From NCBI GenBank assembly GCA_964016885.1, contig OZ024741.1, positions 415,028,001 to 415,092,000 on the forward strand: a stretch of 64,000 nt of DNA. Reading direction: 5' to 3'. Positions 41,301 through 55,600 of this stretch are shown here, one piece after another. The position numbers and the translations under genes are program-made. Under the pieces are notes generated by a model. It saw only the letters and a program-made list of their open reading frames with translations. It was not told where the DNA came from and did not search any database. The DNA comes from Eledone cirrhosa (lineage: Eukaryota). Each line of letters begins with the position of its first letter. Position 1 is the first letter of the stretch.

Positions 41301-44300
41301 CTGTATCTGCCCAGAATTCTCTCACCTCATTCTGTTCATACCAGCTGTATCTGTCCAGAATTCCCTCACCTCTTTCTGTTCAAACCAGCCGTATCTGCCC
41401 AGAATTCCCTCACCTCTTTCTTTTCAAACCAGCTGTATCTGCCCAGAATTCTCTCACTTCTTTCTGTTCAAACCAGCTGTATCTGCCCTGAAATCCCTCA
41501 CCTCTTTCTGTTCAAACCAGCTGTATCTGCCCAGAATTCTCTCACCTCATTCTGTTCATACCAGCTGTATCTGGCCAGAATTCCCTCACCTCTTTCTGTT
41601 CAAATCATCTGTATCTGCCCAGAATTCTCTCACTTCTTTCTGTTCAAACCAGCCATATCTGCCCAGAATTCCCTCACCTCTTTCTGTTCAAACCAGCTGT
41701 ATCTGACCAGAATTCTCTCACTTCATTCTGTTCAAACCAGCTGTATCTGACCAGAATTCTCTCACCTCTTTCTGTTCAAACCAGCTGTATCTGCCCAGAA
41801 TTCCCTCACTTCTTTCTGTTCAAACCAGCTGTATCTGCCCTGAAATCCCTCACCTCTTTCTGTTCAAACCAGCTGTATCTGCCCAGAATTCTCTCACCTC
41901 ATTCTGTTCAAACCAGCTGTATCTGTCCAGAATTCCCTCACCTCTTTCTGTTCAAACCAGCCGTATCTGCCCAGAATTCCCTCACCTCTTTCTTTTCAAA
42001 CCAGCTGTATCTGCCCAGAATTCTCTCACCTCATTCTGTTCAAACCAGCTGTATCTGTCCAGAATTCCCTCACCTCTTTCTGTTCAAACCAGCCGTATCT
42101 GCCCAGAATTCCCTCACCTCTTTCTTTTCAAACCAGCTGTATCTGCCCAGAATTCCCTCACTTCTTTCTGTTCAAACCAGCTGTATCTGCCCAGAATTCC
42201 CTCACCGCTTTCTGTTCACAGCAGCTATATCTGCCCAGAATTCCCTCACTTCTTTCTGTTCAAACCAGCTGTATCTGCCCAGAATTCTCTCACCTGTTTA
42301 TGTTCAAACCAGCTGTATCTGGTCAGAATTCTCTCACTTCTTTCTGTTTAAACCAGCTGTATCTGGCCAGAATTCTCTCAATTTATTTCTGTTCAAACCA
42401 GCTGTATCTGGTCAGAAATCTCTCACTTCTTTCTGTTTAAACCAGCTGTATCTGGCCAGAATTCTCTCAATTTATTTCTGTTCAAACCAGCTGTATCTGA
42501 CCAGAATTCCCTCACCTCTTTCTGTTCAAACCAGCTGTATCTGCCCAGAATTCCCCCACTTCTTTCTGTTCAAACCAGCTGTATCTGCCCAGAATTCCCT
42601 CACCTCTTTCTGTTCAAACCAGCTGTATCTGACCAGAATTCTCTCACTTCTTTCTGTTCAAACCAGCCATATCTGCCCAGAATTCCCCCACCTCTTTCTG
42701 TTCAAACCAGCTGTATCTGACCAGAATTCTCTCACTTCATTCTGTTCAAACCCGCTGTATCTGACCAGAATTCTCTCACTTCATTCTGTTCAAACCAGCT
42801 GTATCTGCCCAGAATTCTCTCACTTCATTCTGTTCAAACCAGCTGTATCTGACCAGAATTCTCTCACCTCTTTCTGTTCAAACCAGCTGTATCTGCCCAG
42901 AATTCCCTCACTTCTTTCTGTTCAAACCAGCTGTATCTGCCCTGAATTCCCTCACCTCTTTCTGTTCAAACCAGCTGTATCTGCCCAGAATTCTCTCACC
43001 TCATTCTGTTCAAACCAGCTGTATCTGTCCAGAATTCCCCCACTTCTTTCTGTTCAAACCAGCTGTATCTGCCCAGAATTCCCTCACCTCTTTCTGTTCA
43101 AACCAGCTGTATCTGACCAGAATTCTCTCACTTCTTTCTGTTCAAACCAGCCATATCTGCCCAGAATTCCCTCACCTCTTTCTGTTCAAACCAGCTGTAT
43201 CTGACCAGAATTCTCTCACTTCATTCTGTTCAAACCAGCTGTATCTGACCAGAATTCTCTCACTTCATTCTGTTCAAACCAGCTGTATCTGCCCAGAATT
43301 CTCTCACTTCATTCTGTTCAAACCAGCTGTATCTGACCAGAATTCTCTCACCTCTTTCTGTTCAAACCAGCTGTATCTGCCCAGAATTCCCTCACTTCTT
43401 TCTGTTCAAACCAGCTGTATCTGCCCAGAATTCTCTCACCTCATTCTGTTCAAACCAGCTGTATCTGTCCAGAATTCCCTCACTTCTTTTTATTCAAACC
43501 AGCTGTATCTGTCCAGAATTCCCTCACCTCTTTCTTTTTAAACCAGCTGTATCTGCCCAGAATTCCCTCACCTCTTTCTTTTCAAACCAGCTGTATCTGC
43601 CCAGAATTCTCTCACCTCATTCTGTTCAAACCAGCTGTATCTGTCCAGAATTCCCTCACCTCTTTCTGTTCAAACCAGCCGTATCTGCCCAGAATTCCCT
43701 CACCTCTTTCTTTTCAAACCAGCTGTATCTGCCCAAAATTCCCTCACTTCTTTCTGTTCAAACCAGCTGTATCTGCCCAGAATTCCCTCACCGCTTTCTG
43801 TTCACAGCAGCTATATCTGCCCAGAATTCCCTCACTTCTTTCTGTTCAAACCAGCTGTATCTGCCCAGAATTCTCTCACCTGTTTATGTTCAAACCAGCT
43901 GTATCTGGTCAGAATTCTCTCACATCTTTCTGTTTAAACCAGCTGTATCTGGCCAGAATTCTCTCAATTTATTTCTGTTCAAACCAGCTGTATCTGACCA
44001 GAATTCCCTCACCTCTTTCTGTTCAAACCAGCTGTATCTGACCAGAATTCTCTCACTTCTTTCTGTTCAAACCAGCTGTATCTGCCCACAATTCCCTCAC
44101 CTCTTTCTGTTAAAACCAGCTGTATCTGCCCAGAATTCCCTCACTTCTTTCTGTTCAAACCAGCTGTATCTGCCCAGAATTCTCTCCCCTGTTTATGTTC
44201 AAACCAGCTGTATCTGGCCAGAATTCTCTCAATTTATTTCTGTTCAAACCAGCTGTATCTGACCAGAATTCCCTCACCTCTTTCTGTTCAAACCAGCTGT

Positions 44301-47300
44301 ATCTGCCCAGAATTCCCCCACTTCTTTCTGTTCAAACCAGCTGTATCTGCCCAGAATTCCCTCACCTCTTTCTGTTCAAACCAGCTGTATCTGACCAGAA
44401 TTCTCTCACCTATTTCTGTTCAAACCAGCCATATCTGCCCAGAATTCCCTCACCTCTTTCTGTTTAAACCAGCCGTATCTGGCCAGAATTCTCTCACTTG
44501 TTTCTGTTCAAACCAGCTGTATCTGCCCAGAATTCTCTCACCTGTTTACGTTCAAACCAGCTGTATCTGGTCAGAATTCTCTCACTTATTTCCGTTTAAA
44601 CCAGCTGTATCTGGCCAGATTTCTCTCACTTCTTTTTATTCAAACCAGCTGTATATGACCAGAATTCTCTCACTTCTTTCTGTTCAAACCAGCTGTATCT
44701 GCCCAGAATTCCCTCACCTCTTTCTGTTCAAACCATCTGTATCTGACCAGAATTCCCTCTCCTCTTTCTGTTTAAACCATCTGTATCTGCCCAGAATTCT
44801 GTCACTTCTTTCTGTTCAAACCAGCTGTATCTGCCCAGAATTCCCTCACCTCTTTCTGTTTACACCTTCTGTATATGCCCAGAATTTTCTCACCTCTTTC
44901 TGTTCAAAGCAGCTGTATCTGCCCAGAATTCCCTCACTTCTTTCTGTTCAAACCAGCTGTATCTGCCCAGAATTCCCTCACCTCTTTCTGTTCAAACCAG
45001 CTGTATCTGGCCAGAATTCCCTCACCTCTTTCTGTTTAAACCAGCTGTATCTGCCCAGAATTCTCTCACTTGTTTCTGTTCAAACCAGCTGTATCTGCCC
45101 AGAATTCTCTCACTTCTTTCTATTCAAACCAGCTGTATCTGCCCTGAAATCCCTCACCTCTTTCTGTTCAAACCAGCTGTATCTGCCCAGAATTCTCTCA
45201 CCTCATTCTGTTCATACCAGCTGTATCTGTCCAGAATTCCCTCACCTCTTTCTGTTCAAACCAGCCGTATCTGCCCAGAATTCCCTCACCTCTTTCTTTT
45301 CAAACCAGCTGTATCTGCCCAGAATTCTCTCACTTCTTTCTGTTCAAACCAGCTGTATCTGCCCTGAAATCCCTCACCTCTTTCTGTTCAAACCAGCTGT
45401 ATCTGCCCAGAATTCTCTCACCTCATTCTGTTCATACCAGCTGTATCTGGCCAGAATTCCCTCACCTCTTTCTGTTCAAATCATCTGTATCTGCCCAGAA
45501 TTCTCTCACTTCTTTCTGTTCAAACCAGCCATATCTGCCCAGAATTCCCTCACCTCTTTCTGTTCAAACCAGCTGTATCTGACCAGAATTCTCTCACTTC
45601 ATTCTGTTCAAACCAGCTGTATCTGACCAGAATTCTCTCACCTCTTTCTGTTCAAACCAGCTGTATCTGCCCAGAATTCCCTCACTTCTTTCTGTTCAAA
45701 CCAGCTGTATCTGCCCTGAAATCCCTCACCTCTTTCTGTTCAAACCAGCTGTATCTGCCCAGAATTCTCTCACCTCATTCTGTTCAAACCAGCTGTATCT
45801 GTCCAGAATTCCCTCACCTCTTTCTGTTCAAACCAGCCGTATCTGCCCAGAATTCCCTCACCTCTTTCTTTTCAAACCAGCTGTATCTGCCCAGAATTCT
45901 CTCACCTCATTCTGTTCAAACCAGCTGTATCTGTCCAGAATTCCCTCACCTCTTTCTGTTCAAACCAGCCGTATCTGCCCAGAATTCCCTCACCTCTTTC
46001 TTTTCAAACCAGCTGTATCTGCCCAGAATTCCCTCACTTCTTTCTGTTCAAACCAGCTGTATCTGCCCAGAATTCCCTCACCGCTTTCTGTTCACAGCAG
46101 CTATATCTGCCCAGAATTCCCTCACTTCTTTCTGTTCAAACCAGCTGTATCTGCCCAGAATTCTCTCACCTGTTTATGTTCAAACCAGCTGTATCTGGTC
46201 AGAATTCTCTCACTTCTTTCTGTTTAAACCAGCTGTATCTGGCCAGAATTCTCTCAATTTATTTCTGTTCAAACCAGCTGTATCTGGTCAGAAATCTCTC
46301 ACTTCTTTCTGTTTAAACCAGCTGTATCTGGCCAGAATTCTCTCAATTTATTTCTGTTCAAACCAGCTGTATCTGACCAGAATTCCCTCACCTCTTTCTG
46401 TTCAAACCAGCTGTATCTGCCCAGAATTCCCCCACTTCTTTCTGTTCAAACCAGCTGTATCTGCCCAGAATTCCCTCACCTCTTTCTGTTCAAACCAGCT
46501 GTATCTGACCAGAATTCTCTCACTTCTTTCTGTTCAAACCAGCCATATCTGCCCAGAATTCCCCCACCTCTTTCTGTTCAAACCAGCTGTATCTGACCAG
46601 AATTCTCTCACTTCATTCTGTTCAAACCCGCTGTATCTGACCAGAATTCTCTCACTTCATTCTGTTCAAACCAGCTGTATCTGCCCAGAATTCTCTCACT
46701 TCATTCTGTTCAAACCAGCTGTATCTGACCAGAATTCTCTCACCTCTTTCTGTTCAAACCAGCTGTATCTGCCCAGAATTCCCTCACTTCTTTCTGTTCA
46801 AACCAGCTGTATCTGCCCTGAATTCCCTCACCTCTTTCTGTTCAAACCAGCTGTATCTGCCCAGAATTCTCTCACCTCATTCTGTTCAAACCAGCTGTAT
46901 CTGTCCAGAATTCCCCCACTTCTTTCTGTTCAAACCAGCTGTATCTGCCCAGAATTCCCTCACCTCTTTCTGTTCAAACCAGCTGTATCTGACCAGAATT
47001 CTCTCACTTCTTTCTGTTCAAACCAGCCATATCTGCCCAGAATTCCCTCACCTCTTTCTGTTCAAACCAGCTGTATCTGACCAGAATTCTCTCACTTCAT
47101 TCTGTTCAAACCAGCTGTATCTGACCAGAATTCTCTCACTTCATTCTGTTCAAACCAGCTGTATCTGCCCAGAATTCTCTCACTTCATTCTGTTCAAACC
47201 AGCTGTATCTGACCAGAATTCTCTCACCTCTTTCTGTTCAAACCAGCTGTATCTGCCCAGAATTCCCTCACTTCTTTCTGTTCAAACCAGCTGTATCTGC

Positions 47301-50300
47301 CCTGAAATCCCTCACCTCTTTCTGTTCAAACCAGCTGTATCTGCCCAGAATTCTCTCACCTCATTCTGTTCAAACCAGCTGTATCTGTCCAGAATTCCCT
47401 CACTTCTTTTTATTCAAACCAGCTGTATCTGTCCAGAATTCCCTCACCTCTTTCTTTTTAAACCAGCTGTATCTGCCCAGAATTCCCTCACCTCTTTCTT
47501 TTCAAACCAGCTGTATCTGCCCAGAATTCTCTCACCTCATTCTGTTCAAACCAGCTGTATCTGTCCAGAATTCCCTCACCTCTTTCTGTTCAAACCAGCC
47601 GTATCTGCCCAGAATTCCCTCACCTCTTTCTTTTCAAACCAGCTGTATCTGCCCAAAATTCCCTCACTTCTTTCTGTTCAAACCAGCTGTATCTGCCCAG
47701 AATTCCCTCACCGCTTTCTGTTCACAGCAGCTATATCTGCCCAGAATTCCCTCACTTCTTTCTGTTCAAACCAGCTGTATCTGCCCAGAATTCTCTCACC
47801 TGTTTATGTTCAAACCAGCTGTATCTGGTCAGAATTCTCTCACATCTTTCTGTTTAAACCAGCTGTATCTGGCCAGAATTCTCTCAATTTATTTCTGTTC
47901 AAACCAGCTGTATCTGACCAGAATTCCCTCACCTCTTTCTGTTCAAACCAGCTGTATCTGACCAGAATTCTCTCACTTCTTTCTGTTCAAACCAGCTGTA
48001 TCTGCCCACAATTCCCTCACCTCTTTCTGTTAAAACCAGCTGTATCTGCCCAGAATTCCCTCACTTCTTTCTGTTCAAACCAGCTGTATCTGCCCAGAAT
48101 TCTCTCCCCTGTTTATGTTCAAACCAGCTGTATCTGGCCAGAATTCTCTCAATTTATTTCTGTTCAAACCAGCTGTATCTGACCAGAATTCCCTCACCTC
48201 TTTCTGTTCAAACCAGCTGTATCTGCCCAGAATTCCCCCACTTCTTTCTGTTCAAACCAGCTGTATCTGCCCAGAATTCCCTCACCTCTTTCTGTTCAAA
48301 CCAGCTGTATCTGACCAGAATTCTCTCACCTATTTCTGTTCAAACCAGCCATATCTGCCCAGAATTCCCTCACCTCTTTCTGTTTAAACCAGCCGTATCT
48401 GGCCAGAATTCTCTCACTTGTTTCTGTTCAAACCAGCTGTATCTGCCCAGAATTCTCTCACCTGTTTACGTTCAAACCAGCTGTATCTGGTCAGAATTCT
48501 CTCACTTATTTCCGTTTAAACCAGCTGTATCTGGCCAGATTTCTCTCACTTCTTTTTATTCAAACCAGCTGTATATGACCAGAATTCTCTCACTTCTTTC
48601 TGTTCAAACCAGCTGTATCTGCCCAGAATTCCCTCACCTCTTTCTGTTCAAACCATCTGTATCTGACCAGAATTCCCTCTCCTCTTTCTGTTTAAACCAT
48701 CTGTATCTGCCCAGAATTCTGTCACTTCTTTCTGTTCAAACCAGCTGTATCTGCCCAGAATTCCCTCACCTCTTTCTGTTTACACCTTCTGTATATGCCC
48801 AGAATTTTCTCACCTCTTTCTGTTCAAAGCAGCTGTATCTGCCCAGAATTCCCTCACTTCTTTCTGTTCAAACCAGCTGTATCTGCCCAGAATTCCCTCA
48901 CCTCTTTCTGTTCAAACCAGCTGTATCTGGCCAGAATTCCCTCACCTCTTTCTGTTCAAATCATCTGTATCTGCCCAGAATTCTCTCACTTCTTTCTGTT
49001 CAAACCAGCCATATCTGCCCAGAATTCCCTCACCTCTTTCTGTTCAAACCAGCTGTATCTGACCAGAATTCTCTCACTTCATTCTCTTCAAACCAGCTGT
49101 ATCTGACCAGAATTCTCTCACCTCTTTCTGTTCAAACCAGCTGTATCTGCCCAGAATTCCCTCACTTCTTTCTGTTCAAACCAGCTGTATCTGCCCAGAA
49201 ATCCCTCACCTCTTTCTGTTCAAACCAGCTGTATCTGCCCAGAATTCTCTCACCTCATTCTGTTCAAACCAGCTGAATCTGTCCAGAATTCCCTCACCTC
49301 TTTCTGTTCAAACCAGCCGTATCTGCCCAGAATTCCCTCACCTCTTTCTTTTCAAACCAGCTGTATCTGCCCAGAATTCCCTCACTTCTTTCTGTTCAAA
49401 CCAGCTGTATCTGCCCAGAATTCCCTCACCTCTTTCTGTTCACAGCAGTTGTATCTGCCCAGAATTCCCTCACTTCTTTCTGTTCAAACCAGCTGTATCT
49501 GCCCAGAATTCTCTCACCTGTTTATGTTCAAACCAGCTGTATCTGGTCAGAGTTCTCTCACTTCTTTCTGTTTAAACCAGCTGTATCTGGCCAGAATTCT
49601 CTCAATTTATTTCTGTTCAAACCAGCTGTATCTGACCAGAATTCCCTCACCTCTTTCTGTTCAAACCAGCTGTATCTGACCAGAATTCTCTCACTTCTTT
49701 CTGTTCAAACCAGCTGTATCTGCCCAGAATTCCCTCACCTCTTTCTGTTCAAACCAGCTGTATCTGCCCAGAATTCTCTCACCTCATTCTGTTCAAACCA
49801 GCTGTATCTGTCCAGAATTCCCCCACTTCTTTCTGTTCAAACCAGCTGTATCTGCCCAGAATTCCCTCACCTCTTTCTGTTCAAACCAGCTGTATCTGAC
49901 CAGAATTCTCTCACTTCTTTCTGTTCAAACCAGCCATATCTGCCCAGAATTCCCTCACCTCTTTCTGTTCAAACCAGCTGTATCTGACCAGAATTCTCTC
50001 ACTTCATTCTGTTCAAACCAGCTGTATCTGACCAGAATTCTCTCACTTCATTCTGTTCAAACCAGCTGTATCTGCCCAGAATTCTCTCACTTCATTCTGT
50101 TCAAACCAGCTGTATCTGACCAGAATTCTCTCACCTCTTTCTGTTCAAACCAGCTGTATCTGCCCAGAATTCCCTCACTTCTTTCTGTTCAAACCAGCTG
50201 TATCTGCCCTGAAATCCCTCACCTCTTTCTGTTCAAACCAGCTGTATCTGCCCAGAATTCTCTCACCTCATTCTGTTCAAACCAGCTGTATCTGTCCAGA

Positions 50301-52650
50301 ATTCCCTCACTTCTTTTTATTCAAACCAGCTGTATCTGTCCAGAATTCCCTCACCTCTTTCTTTTTAAACCAGCTGTATCTGCCCAGAATTCCCTCACCT
50401 CTTTCTTTTCAAACCAGCTGTATCTGCCCAGAATTCTCTCACCTCATTCTGTTCAAACCAGCTGTATCTGTCCAGAATTCCCTCACCTCTTTCTGTTCAA
50501 ACCAGCCGTATCTGCCCAGAATTCTCTCACCTCTTTCTTTTCAAACCAGCTGTATCTGCCCAAAATTCCCTCACTTCTTTCTGTTCAAACCAGCTGTATC
50601 TGCCCAGAATTCCCTCACCGCTTTCTGTTCACAGCAGCTATATCTGCCCAGAATTCCCTCACTTCTTTCTGTTCAAACCAGCTGTATCTGCCCAGAATTC
50701 TCTCACCTGTTTATGTTCAAACCAGCTGTATCTGGTCAGAATTCTCTCACATCTTTCTGTTTAAACCAGCTGTATCTGGCCAGAATTCTCTCAATTTATT
50801 TCTGTTCAAACCAGCTGTATCTGACCAGAATTCCCTCACCTCTTTCTGTTCAAACCAGCTGTATCTGACCAGAATTCTCTCACTTCTTTCTGTTCAAACC
50901 AGCTGTATCTGCCCACAATTCCCTCACCTCTTTCTGTTAAAACCAGCTGTATCTGCCCAGAATTCCCTCACTTCTTTCTGTTCAAACCAGCTGTATCTGC
51001 CCAGAATTCTCTCCCCTGTTTATGTTCAAACCAGCTGTATCTGGCCAGAATTCTCTCAATTTATTTCTGTTCAAACCAGCTGTATCTGACCAGAATTCCC
51101 TCACCTCTTTCTGTTCAAACCAGCTGTATCTGCCCAGAATTCCCCCACTTCTTTCTGTTCAAACCAGCTGTATCTGCCCAGAATTCCCTCACCTCTTTCT
51201 GTTCAAACCAGCTGTATCTGACCAGAATTCTCTCACCTATTTCTGTTCAAACCAGCCATATCTGCCCAGAATTCCCTCACCTCTTTCTGTTTAAACCAGC
51301 CGTATCTGGCCAGAATTCTCTCACTTGTTTCTGTTCAAACCAGCTGTATCTGCCCAGAATTCTCTCACCTGTTTACGTTCAAACCAGCTGTATCTGGTCA
51401 GAATTCTCTCACTTATTTCCGTTTAAACCAGCTGTATCTGGCCAGATTTCTCTCACTTCTTTTTATTCAAACCAGCTGTATATGACCAGAATTCTCTCAC
51501 TTCTTTCTGTTCAAACCAGCTGTATCTGCCCAGAATTCCCTCACCTCTTTCTGTTCAAACCATCTGTATCTGACCAGAATTCCCTCTCCTCTTTCTGTTT
51601 AAACCATCTGTATCTGCCCAGAATTCTGTCACTTCTTTCTGTTCAAACCAGCTGTATCTGCCCAGAATTCCCTCACCTCTTTCTGTTTACACCTTCTGTA
51701 TATGCCCAGAATTTTCTCACCTCTTTCTGTTCAAAGCAGCTGTATCTGCCCAGAATTCCCTCACTTCTTTCTGTTCAAACCAGCTGTATCTGCCCAGAAT
51801 TCCCTCACCTCTTTCTGTTCAAACCAGCTGTATCTGGCCAGAATTCCCTCACCTCTTTCTGTTCAAATCATCTGTATCTGCCCAGAATTCTCTCACTTCT
51901 TTCTGTTCAAACCAGCCATATCTGCCCAGAATTCCCTCACCTCTTTCTGTTCAAACCAGCTGTATCTGACCAGAATTCTCTCACTTCATTCTCTTCAAAC
52001 CAGCTGTATCTGACCAGAATTCTCTCACCTCTTTCTGTTCAAACCAGCTGTATCTGCCCAGAATTCCCTCACTTCTTTCTGTTCAAACCAGCTGTATCTG
52101 CCCAGAAATCCCTCACCTCTTTCTGTTCAAACCAGCTGTATCTGCCCAGAATTCTCTCACCTCATTCTGTTCAAACCAGCTGAATCTGTCCAGAATTCCC
52201 TCACCTCTTTCTGTTCAAACCAGCCGTATCTGCCCAGAATTCCCTCACCTCTTTCTTTTCAAACCAGCTGTATCTGCCCAGAATTCCCTCACATCTTTCT
52301 GTTCAAACCAGCTGTATCTGCCCAGAATTCCCTCACCTCTTTCTGTTCACAGCAGTTGTATCTGCCCAGAATTCCCTCACTTCTTTCTGTTCAAACCAGC
52401 TGTATCTGCCCAGAATTCTCTCACCTGTTTATGTTCAAACCAGCTGTATCTGGTCAGAGTTCTCTCACTTCTTTCTGTTTAAACCAGCTGTATCTGGCCA
52501 GAATTCTCTCAATTTATTTCTGTTCAAACCAGCTGTATCTGACCAGAATTCCCTCACCTCTTTCTGTTCAAACCAGCTGTATCTGACCAGAATTCTCTCA
52601 CTTCTTTCTGTTCAAACCAGCTGTATCTGCCCAGAATTCCCTCACCTCTT
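35167..52650 (+). repeat. HOR family 3b: variable-length 2.9-5.2 kb units (119, 86, 89 and 66 monomers)
   Basis: Homologous pseudo-ORF starts at 35167, 40407, 44195, 48115, 51022. Spacings are 5240 (119x44+4), 3788 (86x44+4), 3920 (89x44+4) and 2907 (66x44+3); the remainders equal the number of 45-bp monomers per unit. Confidence 0.85.
35690..38170 (+). repeat. 1,232-bp (28-monomer) tandem duplication
   Basis: tttacaccttct at 35831 and 37063, and the accatctg...ccctctcc, gtttcttttc and gttcatacc markers, all recur 1232 bp (28x44) apart. Confidence 0.82.
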
Positions 52651-55600
52651 TCTGTTTAAACCAGCTGTATCTGCCCAGAATTCCCCCACTTCTTTCTGTT
52701 CAAACCAGCTGTATCTGCCCAGAATTCCCTCACCTCTTTCTGTTCAAACCAGCTGTATCTGACCAGAATTCTCTCACCTATTTCTGTTCAAACCAGCCAT
52801 ATCTGCCCAGAATTCCCTCACCTCTTTCTGTTCAAACCAGCTGTATCTGACCAGAATTCTCTCACCTCTTTCTGTTCAAACCAGCTGTATCTGCCCAGAA
52901 TTCCCTCACCTCTTTCTGTTTAAACCTTCTGTATATGCCCAGAATTTTCTCACCTTTTTCTCTTCAAAGCAGCTGTATCTGCCCAGAATTCCCTCACTTC
53001 TTTCTGTTCAAACCAGCTGTATCTGCCCAGAATTCCCTCACCGCTTTCTGTTCAAACCAGCTGTATCTGCCCAGTATTCCCTCACCTCTTTCTGTTTAAA
53101 CCTTCTGTATATGCCCAGAATTTTCTCACCTTTTTCTCTTCAAAGCAGATGTATCTGCCCAGAATTCCCTCACTTCTTTCTGTTCAAACCAGCTGTATCT
53201 GCCCAGAATTCCCTCACCGCTTTCTGTTCAAACCAGCTGTATCTGCCCAGTATTCCCTCACCTCTTTCTGTTTAAACCTTCTGTATATGCCCAGAATTTT
53301 CTCACCTCTTTCTGTTCAAACCAGCTGTATCTGCCCAGAATTCCCTCACTTCTTTCTGTTCAAACCAGCTGTATCTGCCCAGAATTCCCTCACCTCTTTC
53401 TGTTCAAACCAGCTGTATCTGGCCAGAATTCCCTCACCTCTTTCTGCTCAAATCATCTGTATCTGCCCAGAATTCTCTCACTTCTTTCTGTTCAAACCAG
53501 CCATATCTGCCCAGAATTCCCTCACCTCTTTCTGTTCAAACCAGCTGTATCTGACCAGAATTCTCTCACTTCATTCTGTTCAAACCAGCTGTATCTGACC
53601 AGAATTCTCTCACCTCTTTCTGTTCAAACCAGCTGTATCTGCCCAGAATTCCCTCACTTCTTTCTGTTCAAACCAGCTGTATCTGCCCTGAAATCCCTCA
53701 CCTCTTTCCGTTCAAACCAGCTGTATCTGCCCAGAATTCTCTCACCTCATTCTGTTCAAACCAGCTGTATCTGTCCAGAATTCCCTCACCTCTTTCTGTT
53801 CAAACCAGCCGTATCTGCCCAGAATTCCCTCACCTCTTTCTTTTCAAACCAGCTGTATCTGCCCAGAATTCTCTCACCTCATTCTGTTCCAACCAGCTGT
53901 ATCTGTCCAGAATTCCCTCACCTCTTTCTGTTCAAACCAGCCGTATCTGCCCAGAATTCCCTCACCTCTTTCTTTTCAAACCAGCTGTATCTGCCCAGAA
54001 ATCCCTCACCTCTTTCTGTTCAAACCAGCTGTATCTGCCCAGAATTCTCTCACCTCATTCTGTTCCAACCAGCTGTATCTGTCCAGAATTCCCTCACCTC
54101 TTTCTGTTCAAACCAGCCGTATCTGCCCAGAATTCCCTCACCTCTTTCTTTTCAAACCAGCTGTATCTGGTCAGAATTCTCTCACTTCTTTCTGTTTAAA
54201 CCAGCTGTATCTGGCCAGAATTCTCTCAATTTATTTCTGTTCAAACCAGCTGTATCTGACCAGAATTCCCTCACCTCTTTCTATTCAAACCAGCTGTATC
54301 TGACCAGAATTCTCTCACTTCTTTCTGTTCAAACCAGCTGTATCTGCCCAGAATTCCCTCACCTCTTTCTGTTCAAACCAGCTGTATCTGCCCAGAATTC
54401 CCCCACTTCTTTCTGTTCAAACCAGCTGTATCTGCCCAGAATTCCCTCACCTCTTTCTGTTCAAACCAGCTGTATCTGACCAGAATTCTCTCACCTATTT
54501 CTGTTCAAACCAGCCATATCTGCCCAGAATTCCCTCACCTCTTTCTGTTCAAACCAGCTGTATCTGACCAGAATTCTCTCACTTCTTTCTGTTCAAACCA
54601 GCTGTATCTGACCAGAATTCTCTCACCTCTTTCTGTTCAAACCAGCTGTATCTGCCCAGAATTCCCTCACAGCTTTCTGTTCAAACCAGCTGTATCTGCC
54701 CAGAATTCCCTCACCTCTTTCTGTTTAAACCTTCTGTATATGCCCAGAATTTTCTCACCTTTTTCTCTTCAAAGCAGCTGTATCTGCCCAGAAATCCCTC
54801 ACCTCTTTCTGTTTAAACCAGCTGTATCTGGCCAGAATTCCCTCACTTCTTTCTGTTTAAACCTTCTGTATATGCCCAGAATTTTCTCACCTCTTTCTGT
54901 TCAAACCAGCTGTATCTGCCCAGAATTCCCTCACTTCTTTCTGTTCAAACCAGCTGTATCTGCCCAGAATTCCCTCACCTCTTTCTGTTCAAACCAGCTG
55001 TATCTGACCAGAATTCTCTCACCTATTTCTGTTCAAACCAGCCATATCTGCCCAGAATTCCCTCACCTCTTTCTGTTCAAACCAGCTGTATCTAACCAGA
55101 ATTCTCTCACTTCTTTCTGTTCAAACCAGCTGTATCTGACCAGAATTCTCTCACCTCTTTCTGTTCATACCAGCTGTATCTGCCCAGAATTCCCTCACAG
55201 CTTTCTGTTCAAACCAGCTGTATCTGCCCAGAATTCCCTCACCTCTTTCTGTTTAAACCTTCTGTATATGCCCAGAATTTTCTCACCTTTTTCTCTTCAA
55301 AGCAGCTGTATCTGCCCAGAATTCCCTCACTTCTTTCTGTTCAAACCAGCTGTATCTGCCCAGAATTCCTTACCTCTTTCTGTTCAAACCAGCTGTATCT
55401 GGCCAGAATTCCCTCACCTCTTTCTCTTCAAAGCAGCTGTATCTGCCCAGAATTCCCTCACTTCTTTCTGTTCAAACCAGCTGTATCTGCCCAGAAATCC
55501 CTCACCTCTTTCTGTTTAAACCAGCTGTATCTGACCAGCATTCCCTCACCCCTTTCTGTGCAAACCAGCTGTATCTGGCCAGAATTCTCTTACCTCTTTC

